The notes under the pieces were generated by a model. The model was not told where the DNA came from. It was given only the letters and a program-made list of their open reading frames with translations, and did no database searches. From assembly GCA_963677595.1 (NCBI GenBank), contig OY782041.1, forward strand, positions 224,001 to 288,000: a DNA stretch of 64,000 nt, given 5' to 3'. The position numbers were made by a program, and so were the translations under genes. Positions 19,421 through 28,802 of this stretch are shown here, piece by piece. Origin of the DNA: Spirochaetia bacterium. Lineage in GTDB: Bacteria > Spirochaetota > Spirochaetia > CAKZLE01. How positions within the stretch are numbered: the stretch's first letter is position 1; every line of letters starts with the position of its first letter.

Positions 19421-21889
19421 TTAGATGAAGAGGTTGCTGTAGGCTTCCTGTGCATCACCGAGGTAGGAAGCCACACCGCCGTATTCGATACCGTCGATCA
19501 GCTCCTCCTTCTTGATCCCCATGACGTCCATCGACATGGTGCAGGCTATCGCCTTGCCGCCGTTATCTAAGAAGGTCTTCAGCAGGTCGCCGGTCGAGTC
19601 GATATGCTTCTTCTTCATGATCGACTTCATCATACCGGTACCCATGCCGCCCATATGCATCTTCGAGAGGGTGAGCTTCTCGACACCTCTCGGCATCATC
19701 TTTGCGAACATCCTCTCGACAAGGCTCTTCTTCACCCTGACTCCCTGGCCCTTCCGCAGGATATTGAGCCCCCAGAAGGTGAAGAAGATCGAGACCTCCT
19801 TCCCCATGGCCATGGCGCCGTTCGCGATGATCAAGGCTGCCAGGGCCTTATCGAGGTCGCCGCTGAAGACGACGAGCGTCTGCCGGTTCTTCTCGAGGGC
19901 AGGTCGGTTCTTCACCTGGGCCTTCCCCTTCTGGATCTGCGCCTCGATCTGTCCGCCGGCACTCTCGATCGATACGAGGGAGTTCCCGGTCTTCTCGGCC
20001 CAGACCCCGATATCCTTCTTGAACCCCGGGTCAGTCGCCTTCACGACGAGAAGGTCGCCCTCTGCGAGGCCGTCCATAGCCTGTTTGGTCTTGAGGATCG
20101 GTCCCGGGCACTGGAGTCCGCAGGCATTGAGTTCCACAGACCGGGTCTCCCGGGATGCTGCGGCAGGCGCCGGTTTAGGTCTCCGGCCAAGAGAGTCTGA
20201 GAGCTGGGCGAAATCCTTGCGGTTATCCTGCGGGAGGAAGAGCGGCTGCCACAGCTTGTATCCCCCGTCGAGGTTGAGTGCCTTGAACCCTGCATGCTCG
20301 AGGATCTTCGCTGCCACATAGCCCCGCTGCCCGACCTGGCAGTAGACGAGGTAGGTCTTCTTCTTATCGAGCTCACCGAGCCTGCTTCTGAGTTCATCGA
20401 CCGGGATGTTCACGGACGTCGGGATCACCCCGAGTTCATGCTCATCGGCTGTCCTGATATCGAGGAGGACGGTATCGCCGCGCTCGAGCAGCCCCTCGAG
20501 TTCATACCACCTGAACTGCTTCACCATGCCCTGCAGCAGGTTCTCGGCAGCATAGCCCGCGATGTTCACCGGGTCCTTCGCTGAGTTGTATGGCGGTGCA
20601 TAGGCGAGCTCGAGCTCCTGGAGGTCATAGATCGACAGGTTACCCTTGATCGCCGTGGCAATGACGTCGATACGCTTATCGACCCCGTCATAGCCTACTC
20701 CCTGTGCGCCGAAGATCCTTCCTTCCGGTGAGAAGAGGAGCTTCAGGATGAAAGGGACAGCCCCAGGATAGTACCCGGCATGGTTGTTCCTGTTCACGGT
20801 CACGACCAGGTAGTCCTTGCCGTACTCGAGACCTGCTGCCTTGAGGGCCTTCTCGTTGAGTCCCGTCGCAGAGACGGTCAGGTCGAAGACCTTGAGGATC
20901 GAGGTCCCCATCGAGCCGGTATAGCTCTTCCGGTTGACCCCGAGCATGTTGTCAGCGACGATACGTCCCTGCCGGTTCGCAGGCCATGCCAGCGGGATGA
21001 GGGCTTCCCTCCCGTTGATGTAGTTGCACACCTCGATGGCGTCCCCGACGGCATAGATGTCCTCATGGGAGGTTTGCAGGTACTCATCGACCTTGATTCC
21101 CCGGGTCTTTCCCGTCTCGAGGCCTGCACCGAGAGCCAGTGAGGTCTCAGGCCGTACCCCGATCGCGAGGATGACGATATCGGCAGAGAGCTCGGCACCG
21201 CTCTCGAGGGAGACGTTCACCGAATCAGCACCGTCGGTGAACTTGGTGACCCCGTCCCCGAGGTAGAGCCCGATATGGTTCTCCTTGAAGTGCTGGTGGA
21301 CCTGTGCCGCGATGTCGATATCGACGGGGGCGAGCACCTGGTCCATCTTCTCGACGACGATCACGGAGATCCCCTTGTCATGGAGGTTCTCTGCGATCTC
21401 CATGCCGATGAACCCGGCCCCGATGACCACAGCCCGGTCAGCCTTGGTCTCGGAGAGCTTCGCAATGATCCTGTCCATGTCGGTCATGTTGCGCAGGGTC
21501 AGGATCCGGTCAGAATCGATCCCAGGGATCGGCGGCCGTGCAGGCTCGGCACCCGGGGAGAGCAGGAGCTTGTCGAACGTCTCGGTATACTCTTCCCCGC
21601 TCAGGAGGTTCTTCGCCTGGACACTCTTCCCGGCCGTGTCGATGGAGAGGACCTCGGTCTGCACCCGTACATCGATATTGAACCGTTCCTGCATCCCCTC
21701 GACCGTCTGGACGAGGAGGTTATCCCGTTCCGTGATGGTCCCGCCGATATGGTAGGGCAGCCCGCAGTTGGCGAAGCTGATATACTTCCCCCGCTCGAAC
21801 ATGATGATCTCGTGCTCCTCACCCAACCTTCTCAACCTGGCAGCAGCACTCGCGCCTCCTGCGACACCTCCGACGATTATGACTTTCAT
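19421..21889 (-). CDS. CoA-disulfide/persulfide reductase fused to rhodanese, TusA and DsrE-like domains
   Basis: 'GGVAGGASAAARLRR', 'SFANCGLPY', 'YAPPY', rhodanese 'YCQVGQRG', TusA 'GLQCPGP', DsrE 'FFTFWGL...ACTMSMD'. Confidence 0.92.
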   Translation of the reverse strand: MKVIIVGGVAGGASAAARLRRLGEEHEIIMFERGKYISFANCGLPYHIGGTITERDNLLVQTVEGMQERFNIDVRVQTEVLSIDTAGKSVQAKNLLSGEEYTETFDKLLLSPGAEPARPPIPGIDSDRILTLRNMTDMDRIIAKLSETKADRAVVIGAGFIGMEIAENLHDKGISVIVVEKMDQVLAPVDIDIAAQVHQHFKENHIGLYLGDGVTKFTDGADSVNVSLESGAELSADIVILAIGVRPETSLALGAGLETGKTRGIKVDEYLQTSHEDIYAVGDAIEVCNYINGREALIPLAWPANRQGRIVADNMLGVNRKSYTGSMGTSILKVFDLTVSATGLNEKALKAAGLEYGKDYLVVTVNRNNHAGYYPGAVPFILKLLFSPEGRIFGAQGVGYDGVDKRIDVIATAIKGNLSIYDLQELELAYAPPYNSAKDPVNIAGYAAENLLQGMVKQFRWYELEGLLERGDTVLLDIRTADEHELGVIPTSVNIPVDELRSRLGELDKKKTYLVYCQVGQRGYVAAKILEHAGFKALNLDGGYKLWQPLFLPQDNRKDFAQLSDSLGRRPKPAPAAASRETRSVELNACGLQCPGPILKTKQAMDGLAEGDLLVVKATDPGFKKDIGVWAEKTGNSLVSIESAGGQIEAQIQKGKAQVKNRPALEKNRQTLVVFSGDLDKALAALIIANGAMAMGKEVSIFFTFWGLNILRKGQGVRVKKSLVERMFAKMMPRGVEKLTLSKMHMGGMGTGMMKSIMKKKHIDSTGDLLKTFLDNGGKAIACTMSMDVMGIKKEELIDGIEYGGVASYLGDAQEAYSNLFI

Positions 21890-21892
21890 TGA

Positions 21893-22123
21893 TTATTCTT
21901 CCTCCGCATTGTTCATGAGGAACGCTGCAAAATCCTGCAGGTTCTCAGCCTTGAATATGGTGATACCCCGGTCCTGGTTACCGAGCACGACCAGGGAATC
22001 CCCCGGGTTGATATTGAAATACTCCCGGGCCTTCTTCGGGATGACGATCTGTCCCCGCTCCCCGACTTTCACGGTCCCGCAGATACAGGAACCATCCTTG
22101 AACTCTAACATTGCTTTCCTCAC
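21893..22123 (-). CDS. AbrB/MazE/SpoVT-family DNA-binding protein
   Basis: 'GTVKVGERGQIVIPKKAREYFNINPGD'; start may be 22111. Confidence 0.88.
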   Translation of the reverse strand: MRKAMLEFKDGSCICGTVKVGERGQIVIPKKAREYFNINPGDSLVVLGNQDRGITIFKAENLQDFAAFLMNNAEEE

Positions 22124-22340
22124 TCATACAAATATGATTTTTCATACTTTTCGTATCCAACATAGTGACTTCGAATCGCTTAGTCAATATTATCTGCAGG
22201 GATTTGTGATAATTCTTCTGATATGCACTACAACATGCATAAGTTTTCTATTTATATTCCATATTTCACATTTTTAATCAATGTTGTCTTATTTTTGTAT
22301 CGTTTAAGATCATGCTGTCATATGTGTTGCGGATTAAAGA

Positions 22341-22364
22341 ACAGGCAGTATACACACTGCCTGT
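22341..22364 (-). terminator. Probable terminator after ugd
   Basis: ACAGGCAGT-6 nt-ACTGCCTGT then TCTTT on the minus strand. Confidence 0.6.
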
Positions 22365-22394
22365 AGGAAGAAAAGAGGTTATGGTGAAGAGAGC

Positions 22395-23723
22395 TTATCT
22401 GCCGACGCATTCGTAGAAGAAACCGAAGGCCTCGATGTATTCACGTTCATAGAGGTTCCTCAGGTCGAAGAACCAGCGGCCCCGCATAGCGGAAGAGACC
22501 TTCGAGATGTTGAGCTGCCTGAACTGGTTCCACTCGGTGAGGATGACGAGCGCATCCCCGCCGGATGCTGCCTCATACTCATCCTGGCAGAAGGTGACCT
22601 GGTCCCTGATCGCTGAGAGTCTCCATTCAGCTTCCCGTTCCCATTTCGGATCATAGACACGCAGCTCGGCACCGGCTGCCGCCAGTCCCGGAAGGATCGT
22701 CAGGGAAGGCGATTCACGCATGTCGTCAGTCCCCGGCTTGAAGGTCAGCCCCAGGACTGAGATCACCTTGCCTGAGAGACTGCCGCCTTCTGAGAGCCTG
22801 CCGATGATCTTGTTCACCATCCTCGTCCGCTGGTACGCATTAGCCTGAACTGCAGCCTCGACGATAGTCATCGGGCTGTTATGGGTCCGCCCCATATGGG
22901 CAAGGGCTCTCGTATCCTTCGGGAAGCAGCTTCCCCCATAGCCTGGGCCGGGATGGAGGAACTTGGAGCTTATACGTCCATCCATCCCCATGCAGGCAGC
23001 GATATGGTGGACATCCGCCCCGACCTCCTCGCAGAGGTTCGCCATCTCGTTGATGAAGGAGATCTTCACTGCCAGGAAGGTGTTGTTCGCATACTTGATC
23101 AACTCAGCGGTCTCGCGGTCAGTCTCGACGAGGGGCACCTTGTTCAGGGTGAGGGATCGGTATACTTCCCGCATGAGTACAAGAGCCCGTTTGGACTCCG
23201 TCCCGAGAACTACCCGGTCTGGGTGCATGAACTCATAGAGGGCTGCCCCCTCACGCAGGAATTCCGGGTTCGAGACGACATCGAACGGGATCTCGACCCC
23301 GCGTTCAGCGAGCACCACCCTGATGACATCCTCGACCTGCTTCCCGGTCCCGACCGGCACGGTCGATTTATCGACGATGACGAGGTAGGAATCCATGTAT
23401 GCCGCGATCTCCTCTGCTGCCTGTAGTACATAGGTCAGGTCAGCGCTCCCATCCTCGCCTGGAGGGGTCCCTACCGCGATGAAGAGCACATCAGCATGGA
23501 GCACCGCCTCTTCCAGGTTCGTGGTAAACCGCAGCCTGCCGCTGCTGCGGTTCCGATCGAAGAGTTCCTGCAGGCCGGGTTCATAGATGGGGACCATCCC
23601 TTCCTGCATCGATGCGATCTTCTTAGCATCGGTATCGACACAGATGACATCCGAACCGAACTCTGCCATGCAGGTCCCGACGATCAGACCAACGTATCCT
23701 GTACCTACCACTGAAATGTTCAT
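22395..23723 (-). CDS. ugd: UDP-glucose 6-dehydrogenase
   Basis: 'VGTGYVGL', 'KSTVPVGT', 'SNPEFLREG', 'GYGGSCFPKD'. Confidence 0.95.
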   Translation of the reverse strand: MNISVVGTGYVGLIVGTCMAEFGSDVICVDTDAKKIASMQEGMVPIYEPGLQELFDRNRSSGRLRFTTNLEEAVLHADVLFIAVGTPPGEDGSADLTYVLQAAEEIAAYMDSYLVIVDKSTVPVGTGKQVEDVIRVVLAERGVEIPFDVVSNPEFLREGAALYEFMHPDRVVLGTESKRALVLMREVYRSLTLNKVPLVETDRETAELIKYANNTFLAVKISFINEMANLCEEVGADVHHIAACMGMDGRISSKFLHPGPGYGGSCFPKDTRALAHMGRTHNSPMTIVEAAVQANAYQRTRMVNKIIGRLSEGGSLSGKVISVLGLTFKPGTDDMRESPSLTILPGLAAAGAELRVYDPKWEREAEWRLSAIRDQVTFCQDEYEAASGGDALVILTEWNQFRQLNISKVSSAMRGRWFFDLRNLYEREYIEAFGFFYECVGR

Positions 23724-23858
23724 GCCGAAGCCTCCTTGAGAAGGTAACGGTATGAGCTTATGCCGTGATTATGAGAAATCGATGTGGTGCAGATGTATAT
23801 TCAGCAAGAAGTCTTCCAGATTGGTTACACCCATGAGGTTTCAGGCAGCAGCCTCACG

Positions 23859-24761
23859 CTACAGGGGGACTTCGAAGGTCAGGGTGTCAAAGGAATCCAC
23901 GGTCGCAACGTTCTCGAGGACAGACCCTTGCGTATCCACCAGGGAACTCTCCCCCTCCCAGAACAGGTTGAAGGCCTCCCCGGTCAAGCAGAGGGTCAGC
24001 CCGTAGCGGCTCCCGCTCTCCTCGACGCGTTCAGGCACTGCACGGGTAAAGCGCTCTTCCTCCTCCTCGGTGAACTGCGTCCCGTTCGCCTTGATGTCGA
24101 TCCAGAGATCCACCTGGCCGAACTGGTCCTCCCATTCGGAGAAGAAGGTGTCGCGGCAGATCGTCACGGCGACCTCCTGCCCCTCAATGGTGAACGGCTG
24201 GGCATCTGAGACCTCGCCTCCCTCGATCCCGCAGTACTCCTCCTCGAAGGGGGTGCAGTAGACCTTGTCCTGGGAATAGATCACCCCGCCGTCCGGGTCA
24301 ATGACGATCATCCGGTTCACCAGGTCTTTAGTCTCAGGTTCATAGACGAAATAGGTCCCGGGAATGATGTAGCAGTCATATTCACGCGCCAGGTTCTTCC
24401 AGCGCACCACCTCTCCCTGCATCTCAAGGGACTGTTTGGTGAAGAGTTCCTCTATCGACTGGTACCCGTACTCAGACGAGACTTCCTCCCAGGCACCGAG
24501 GAAGCTATCATACGCCTCAACGATGGGGCCGAACTCATCCAGGGCAAGGAAGACGCTGGTGTATTCCGGGAAGACCACGAGGGTCTCGGGTTCCTGCTCG
24601 GTGAGCACCCCCTCGACATCCTCCCAGAACTCCTCCGGCTCGGTGATATACTCCATATCCATCTCCCACTGCACGGCGGTGACTGTCAACTCATCAGCCG
24701 ATGCCGATACGATACCCAGGGTCAGGAAGATGAAGATAAGGAGTGCTGCCGTTCTGTTCAT
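23859..24761 (-). CDS. Exported carbon-nitrogen hydrolase (nitrilase superfamily)
   Basis: Signal peptide; E-K-C triad in 'VFPEY', 'QDKVY', 'TICRD'. Confidence 0.8.
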   Translation of the reverse strand: MNRTAALLIFIFLTLGIVSASADELTVTAVQWEMDMEYITEPEEFWEDVEGVLTEQEPETLVVFPEYTSVFLALDEFGPIVEAYDSFLGAWEEVSSEYGYQSIEELFTKQSLEMQGEVVRWKNLAREYDCYIIPGTYFVYEPETKDLVNRMIVIDPDGGVIYSQDKVYCTPFEEEYCGIEGGEVSDAQPFTIEGQEVAVTICRDTFFSEWEDQFGQVDLWIDIKANGTQFTEEEEERFTRAVPERVEESGSRYGLTLCLTGEAFNLFWEGESSLVDTQGSVLENVATVDSFDTLTFEVPL

Positions 24762-25037
24762 AGGTGGTCAGTATAATCGTTACCCGCAGGACCTGCAAGG
24801 ACCTGACCCTCAGGAGTGGGGTAAAGCCTGTTAAGGTATATTCTGGGAATACTGTACATTGGAGGATATCAGGCAGAGGATTCTTTCAGCAAACCCAATG
24901 AGTTTCTGATATACTGGTAAGCGGTCTTCGTCCAACGAATCCAAAGATTCCCAGGAATCCGAAGCAGTATCTGGTACCGGAAACAATGCAGCTGCCCAGG
25001 CAGCCGTAGATAATATAACGCATCTATTTCAGGAGTC

Positions 25038-25826
25038 TTGAAGTTGGTCTCTTTCTCACGGTACCGCGAACTGCCCCCGCTGTTCGATGCACATATCCAC
25101 CTCACCCATGCCCTGGACGGGGCATACCCCGACCACTTCTCCTACTTCACCAATGCTGCTTCCCCCGACGGCTGGGCTGCCATCCTCGAGGTCAAACATC
25201 CCGGAGTCCTGCCGTTCATCGGCATCCACCCGGAATGCGGGTCCGGGCCGATCGATGATATCGGGTGGGGGGAACACTTGAACGAGCTCGAGGAGCTGGC
25301 AGGGACCCACCATATCGGGATCGGGGAGTGCGGGATAGACAACAGGTTCTACCAGAGCTTCACCAAGCAGGAGCAGGGGGAACTCTTCGAGGTCCAGATA
25401 GCTATCGCACAGAAGTACCACAAACCAGTCACCATCCACCATGTCCATGCCGCAGAGATGGTGATCTCCCTGCTGAAGAGGCTCTCGGTGGATATACCGT
25501 TCATCGTCCACGGGTTCTACGGGTCGCTCCAGACTGCGAAGAGGATCCTCGACCTTGGGGGCTACCTCTCGATCTCGACGAACCTCCTCAGGTCCAGCGA
25601 GAAGTTCAAGCAGATCGCCGCCTATATACCGGATGACCGGCTCTTCATCGAGACCGACTACCCCTACACCTTCATCCCCGCTCCATGGGCTGATTACTCG
25701 TATGCGGAGATACTCTATACCTGGTATGAGCAGGTTTCACGGGTCAGGCAGATTGACATTCTCGAGCTTCTTGATATAGTGCTGAGGAATGGAACGGTTT
25801 TTACGAATACAACGTCTGCTCGGTGA
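25038..25826 (+). CDS. TatD-family hydrolase
   Basis: 'FDAHIH', 'GIHP', 'IGECGID', 'VHGFYG', 'FIETD'. Confidence 0.9.
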   Translation: MKLVSFSRYRELPPLFDAHIHLTHALDGAYPDHFSYFTNAASPDGWAAILEVKHPGVLPFIGIHPECGSGPIDDIGWGEHLNELEELAGTHHIGIGECGIDNRFYQSFTKQEQGELFEVQIAIAQKYHKPVTIHHVHAAEMVISLLKRLSVDIPFIVHGFYGSLQTAKRILDLGGYLSISTNLLRSSEKFKQIAAYIPDDRLFIETDYPYTFIPAPWADYSYAEILYTWYEQVSRVRQIDILELLDIVLRNGTVFTNTTSAR

Positions 25827-26541
25827 GTCGAAGCACCGCAGGCTGCAGGATGCACATGTCACGGTCGTCGGGGTCGGGGCTGTCGGCAGCTATGCCGCAG
25901 AGGCCCTTGCACGCTCAGGTGTCGGGCACCTCAGGCTCGTCGATTTCGACACGGTCAGCATCAGCAACATCAACAGGCAGCTCATAGCCCTGGAATCGAC
26001 ACTGGGCCAGAAGAAGTGCTATGTGGCAAAAGAACGGATCAGGGATATCAACCCTGCCTGCGAGGTCGAGGCCCTCGACCTCTTCGTCCATAACGATACC
26101 ATGCAGGAAGTCCTCGCCGAACCGATCGACGTGCTCATCGATGCGATCGACTCGGTGAGCTCGAAGGTCGCCCTGCTCGAGTCAGCCTACACCCGCGGCA
26201 TCAGGACCTTCTCGTCCATGGGAGCAGCCCTGCGGACTGACCCCTTCTCTATCCATAGGACGGACCTCATGGATACCCATACCTGCCCTCTGGCTCGCCA
26301 GATCAGGCAGAAACTGCGTAAGCGGGGAGTCGGTAAGGGAATAGAAGTGATCTTCTCCGATGAGGAGATCTCATTCACCTATACGGAACCGGGAGATGAG
26401 GAGAGACAAGCGTCGGGAGAACAGCTCTATGAGAGGGGACGTGAGAGACGGGTGCTCGGCAGCATGGCTACGGTCACCGGCATCTTCGGCCTCATGCTTG
26501 CCCAGACTGCCATCGACAGCCTGACTGCCGGGGATCAGTAG
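25789..26541 (+). CDS. tcdA: tRNA threonylcarbamoyladenosine dehydratase (ThiF family)
   Basis: 'GVGAVGSYAAEALARSGVG', 'SNINRQ', 'DAID', 'SSMGAA', 'CPLARQIRQKLRK'. Confidence 0.88.
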   Translation: MERFLRIQRLLGESKHRRLQDAHVTVVGVGAVGSYAAEALARSGVGHLRLVDFDTVSISNINRQLIALESTLGQKKCYVAKERIRDINPACEVEALDLFVHNDTMQEVLAEPIDVLIDAIDSVSSKVALLESAYTRGIRTFSSMGAALRTDPFSIHRTDLMDTHTCPLARQIRQKLRKRGVGKGIEVIFSDEEISFTYTEPGDEERQASGEQLYERGRERRVLGSMATVTGIFGLMLAQTAIDSLTAGDQ

Positions 26542-26551
26542 ATCCTGAGTA

Positions 26552-27496
26552 TCAGTAGATCCTGCGTTTCTTCAGGGCAGACTCTTCATACCTGGAGACG
26601 GCATCCGAGAGGTTCGGCATTGCCGTCTGGGCACCAAGTCGTTCGGTCACCATGGAAGCGAAACAGTTCGCGAAACGGATCGCGTTCTCTATGGCCTCCC
26701 CTTCCCCGAGGGCATAGGCAAGGGCCCCGTTGAACCCGTCGCCGGTCGCCATCGTATCCACGACCAGGGCATCACCAATGGACTCTACCTGGAAGAAGAG
26801 GTCCCGGTCGCAGTAGTAAGCCCCATCCTTCCCGCTGGTAAGGATGACCTTCTCCACCCCTTTATCGAGCAGGAGCTGGGATGCTGTATAGATGGCATGG
26901 TCATCGGTCGGATAGATACCGGTCAGGTAATAGAGCTCCCTCCTGTTCGGGGTGATGATCGTCGTACAGGCAAGAAGCTCATCGGGGAACTCCCCGGAAG
27001 GGTCCGGGTCGAAGATCACCACCTTCCCCTGGTCTCTGGCGATCCTCGCACAATGGAGGCTTGTCTCGTACGGGATCTCTGCCTGCAGGAGCAGGTAGTC
27101 ACAATGCTCGATGATCGACTGCTGTCCCTGCACATACTCGATCGTGACCTCCTGGTTACCCCCCGGGATCACGAGGATCTTATAGTCTCCCCCGGTCTCA
27201 TGCTCCACCAGGGCGATGCCGGAACTCACGCCTTCGAGCATCTCCACACCGGAGGTCTCGACTCCGATGTTATCGAGGTGGGTCAGGTACCGCCTGCCGT
27301 AGATATCGTCACCGAGGCAACCGACCAGGTAGACCTCCTGCTCGAGGAAGGCAAGCGCTGCTGCCTGGTTCCCGCCATGCCCCCCGGGTGAGGTCTTGAA
27401 GCTGTTCCCGAAAAGGTGTTCCCCGCGTTCAGGGAACCGATCACAGGTTGCGAACAGATCCATGTTCAGACTGCCGACTACACAATATCTTGCCAT
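26552..27496 (-). CDS. Ribokinase-like PfkB kinase
   Basis: 'VVGSLNMD', 'PGGHGGNQA', 'TPNRRE', 'VDTMATGDGFNG'. Confidence 0.85.
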   Translation of the reverse strand: MARYCVVGSLNMDLFATCDRFPERGEHLFGNSFKTSPGGHGGNQAAALAFLEQEVYLVGCLGDDIYGRRYLTHLDNIGVETSGVEMLEGVSSGIALVEHETGGDYKILVIPGGNQEVTIEYVQGQQSIIEHCDYLLLQAEIPYETSLHCARIARDQGKVVIFDPDPSGEFPDELLACTTIITPNRRELYYLTGIYPTDDHAIYTASQLLLDKGVEKVILTSGKDGAYYCDRDLFFQVESIGDALVVDTMATGDGFNGALAYALGEGEAIENAIRFANCFASMVTERLGAQTAMPNLSDAVSRYEESALKKRRIY

Positions 27497-27791
27497 ATAA
27501 CATCCCTGTCCGATTAATCTTCTCTCCCCTACATACTACTCCAGTACAGCATTGGATGCAACCGACAATCCCGTGCATCGGATTTGTCCATACTGATGTG
27601 GTTGGAATTCTATTGACATTCAACTGAGATGGATTATAGTAAAAATTAGCTATGAGCTTTGAGTCCTATACCACAGGGGATCTGTACTGCAGAGGGGATG
27701 TGTGAAGGCTGCCGTTCGATTGAGAGGATCGATACGGCAGGTCAACCTGTTCAGGGCTGCACTGGCAGCCTAGACATAGTATGGAGGGGAT

Positions 27792-28001
27792 ATGTCTCGA
27801 GAACACCATAGGCAGATTTTCATGTCTGAAGAGGATCTCTATAACTATTATACCGACGTAGATGACGACGACGATGATGACGACTTCGACCCGGAAGACG
27901 ACGATGAGTTCGATGAGGACTTCGACGAACTGGAAGAAGACGAGGATGATCTCTTTGAGGACTATGATTTTGACGATGACTATCTCTATGGTGATGATTG
28001 A
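27792..28001 (+). CDS. Small, extremely Asp/Glu-rich protein
   Basis: GGAGGGG RBS, upstream TTGACA-16-TATAGT, downstream hairpin; synonymous codon variation within the acidic tract. Confidence 0.65.
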   Translation: MSREHHRQIFMSEEDLYNYYTDVDDDDDDDDFDPEDDDEFDEDFDELEEDEDDLFEDYDFDDDYLYGDD

Positions 28002-28009
28002 ACCGCTTA

Positions 28010-28035
28010 GGTCATCAGGGCTGCCCCTGATGACC
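28010..28035. terminator. Hairpin between convergent genes
   Basis: GGTCATCAGGG-CTGC-CCCTGATGACC, 11-bp stem. Confidence 0.7.
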
Positions 28036-28047
28036 CCGTCTGAGCCG

Positions 28048-28635
28048 TTACCATAGTAGGGATGTTTTCAGGATCGGGAGGATCGGCAGGTCCGTATCCT
28101 CCGTATAGTCCCCGATAAAGGCATATCCGTGCAGTCCCACCGAGAGGACTGCCCCACCAACAGGTCCACTGAACCCGAAACCACCGCCGCCGAAGATGAT
28201 CCCGCCGGAGAGAGATTCAGCCAAAGTGATCCCTGTCCCATTACCGAAGATCCCAAGATTAGTGAAGTCAGCCTCGACGTAGAATGAACTCGGGGAAGAG
28301 GAGAGGTGGTATCGTGCCCCTGCCTCAGCGACATAGACGAAGATGAACTCATTCCCTTCGATCATCTGCGGGAGGATCATTGCCGTGAAATAGTTCAGCG
28401 GCGCGAAGGTGACCTGGGCATCGAGCCTGTCCGTCAGCCCATAGGCAGCCGTTATGCCGAACGGCGCGATCTTGAGGACCTCCACGTTCGGGATCGGCAG
28501 GGCATACATCCCCAGGCCGATCCGCAGGTCCCCTTCCCTTCCCGCATCCATACCATACGTATCCGCACTGTAGAGCGGCAGGACTGCAGCACTCAGCAGG
28601 AACACCGCAGCTATGATCATCAGTCTGTTTCTCAT
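28048..28635 (-). CDS. Hypothetical exported protein (possible small beta-barrel)
   Basis: Signal peptide, GGAGG RBS, alternating Gly/hydrophobic strands, terminal Trp. Confidence 0.65.
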   Translation of the reverse strand: MRNRLMIIAAVFLLSAAVLPLYSADTYGMDAGREGDLRIGLGMYALPIPNVEVLKIAPFGITAAYGLTDRLDAQVTFAPLNYFTAMILPQMIEGNEFIFVYVAEAGARYHLSSSPSSFYVEADFTNLGIFGNGTGITLAESLSGGIIFGGGGFGFSGPVGGAVLSVGLHGYAFIGDYTEDTDLPILPILKTSLLW

Positions 28636-28802
28636 TACTCATTTCCTCCATTACTACAAGGAGAACCTGCCTCCTCATACGAAGTTACATCTCACGTTGA
28701 AACAAACGTTCAAGGGCCCTGCTGCATGCTGGGATCTGGCTTCTAGCCCAGGATCTTCAGGACTTCAGACTCTGGGAATTCTGTCACACGTGCACTCAGG
28801 TA

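Noticed and set aside
24780-25037. Small ORF or TGA read-through in the gap before tatD
   Set aside because: No convincing start/RBS, homology motif or SECIS-like hairpin.
27862-27999. GAY/GAR-rich tract as a microsatellite
   Set aside because: Third positions vary as expected for a coding Asp/Glu tract.
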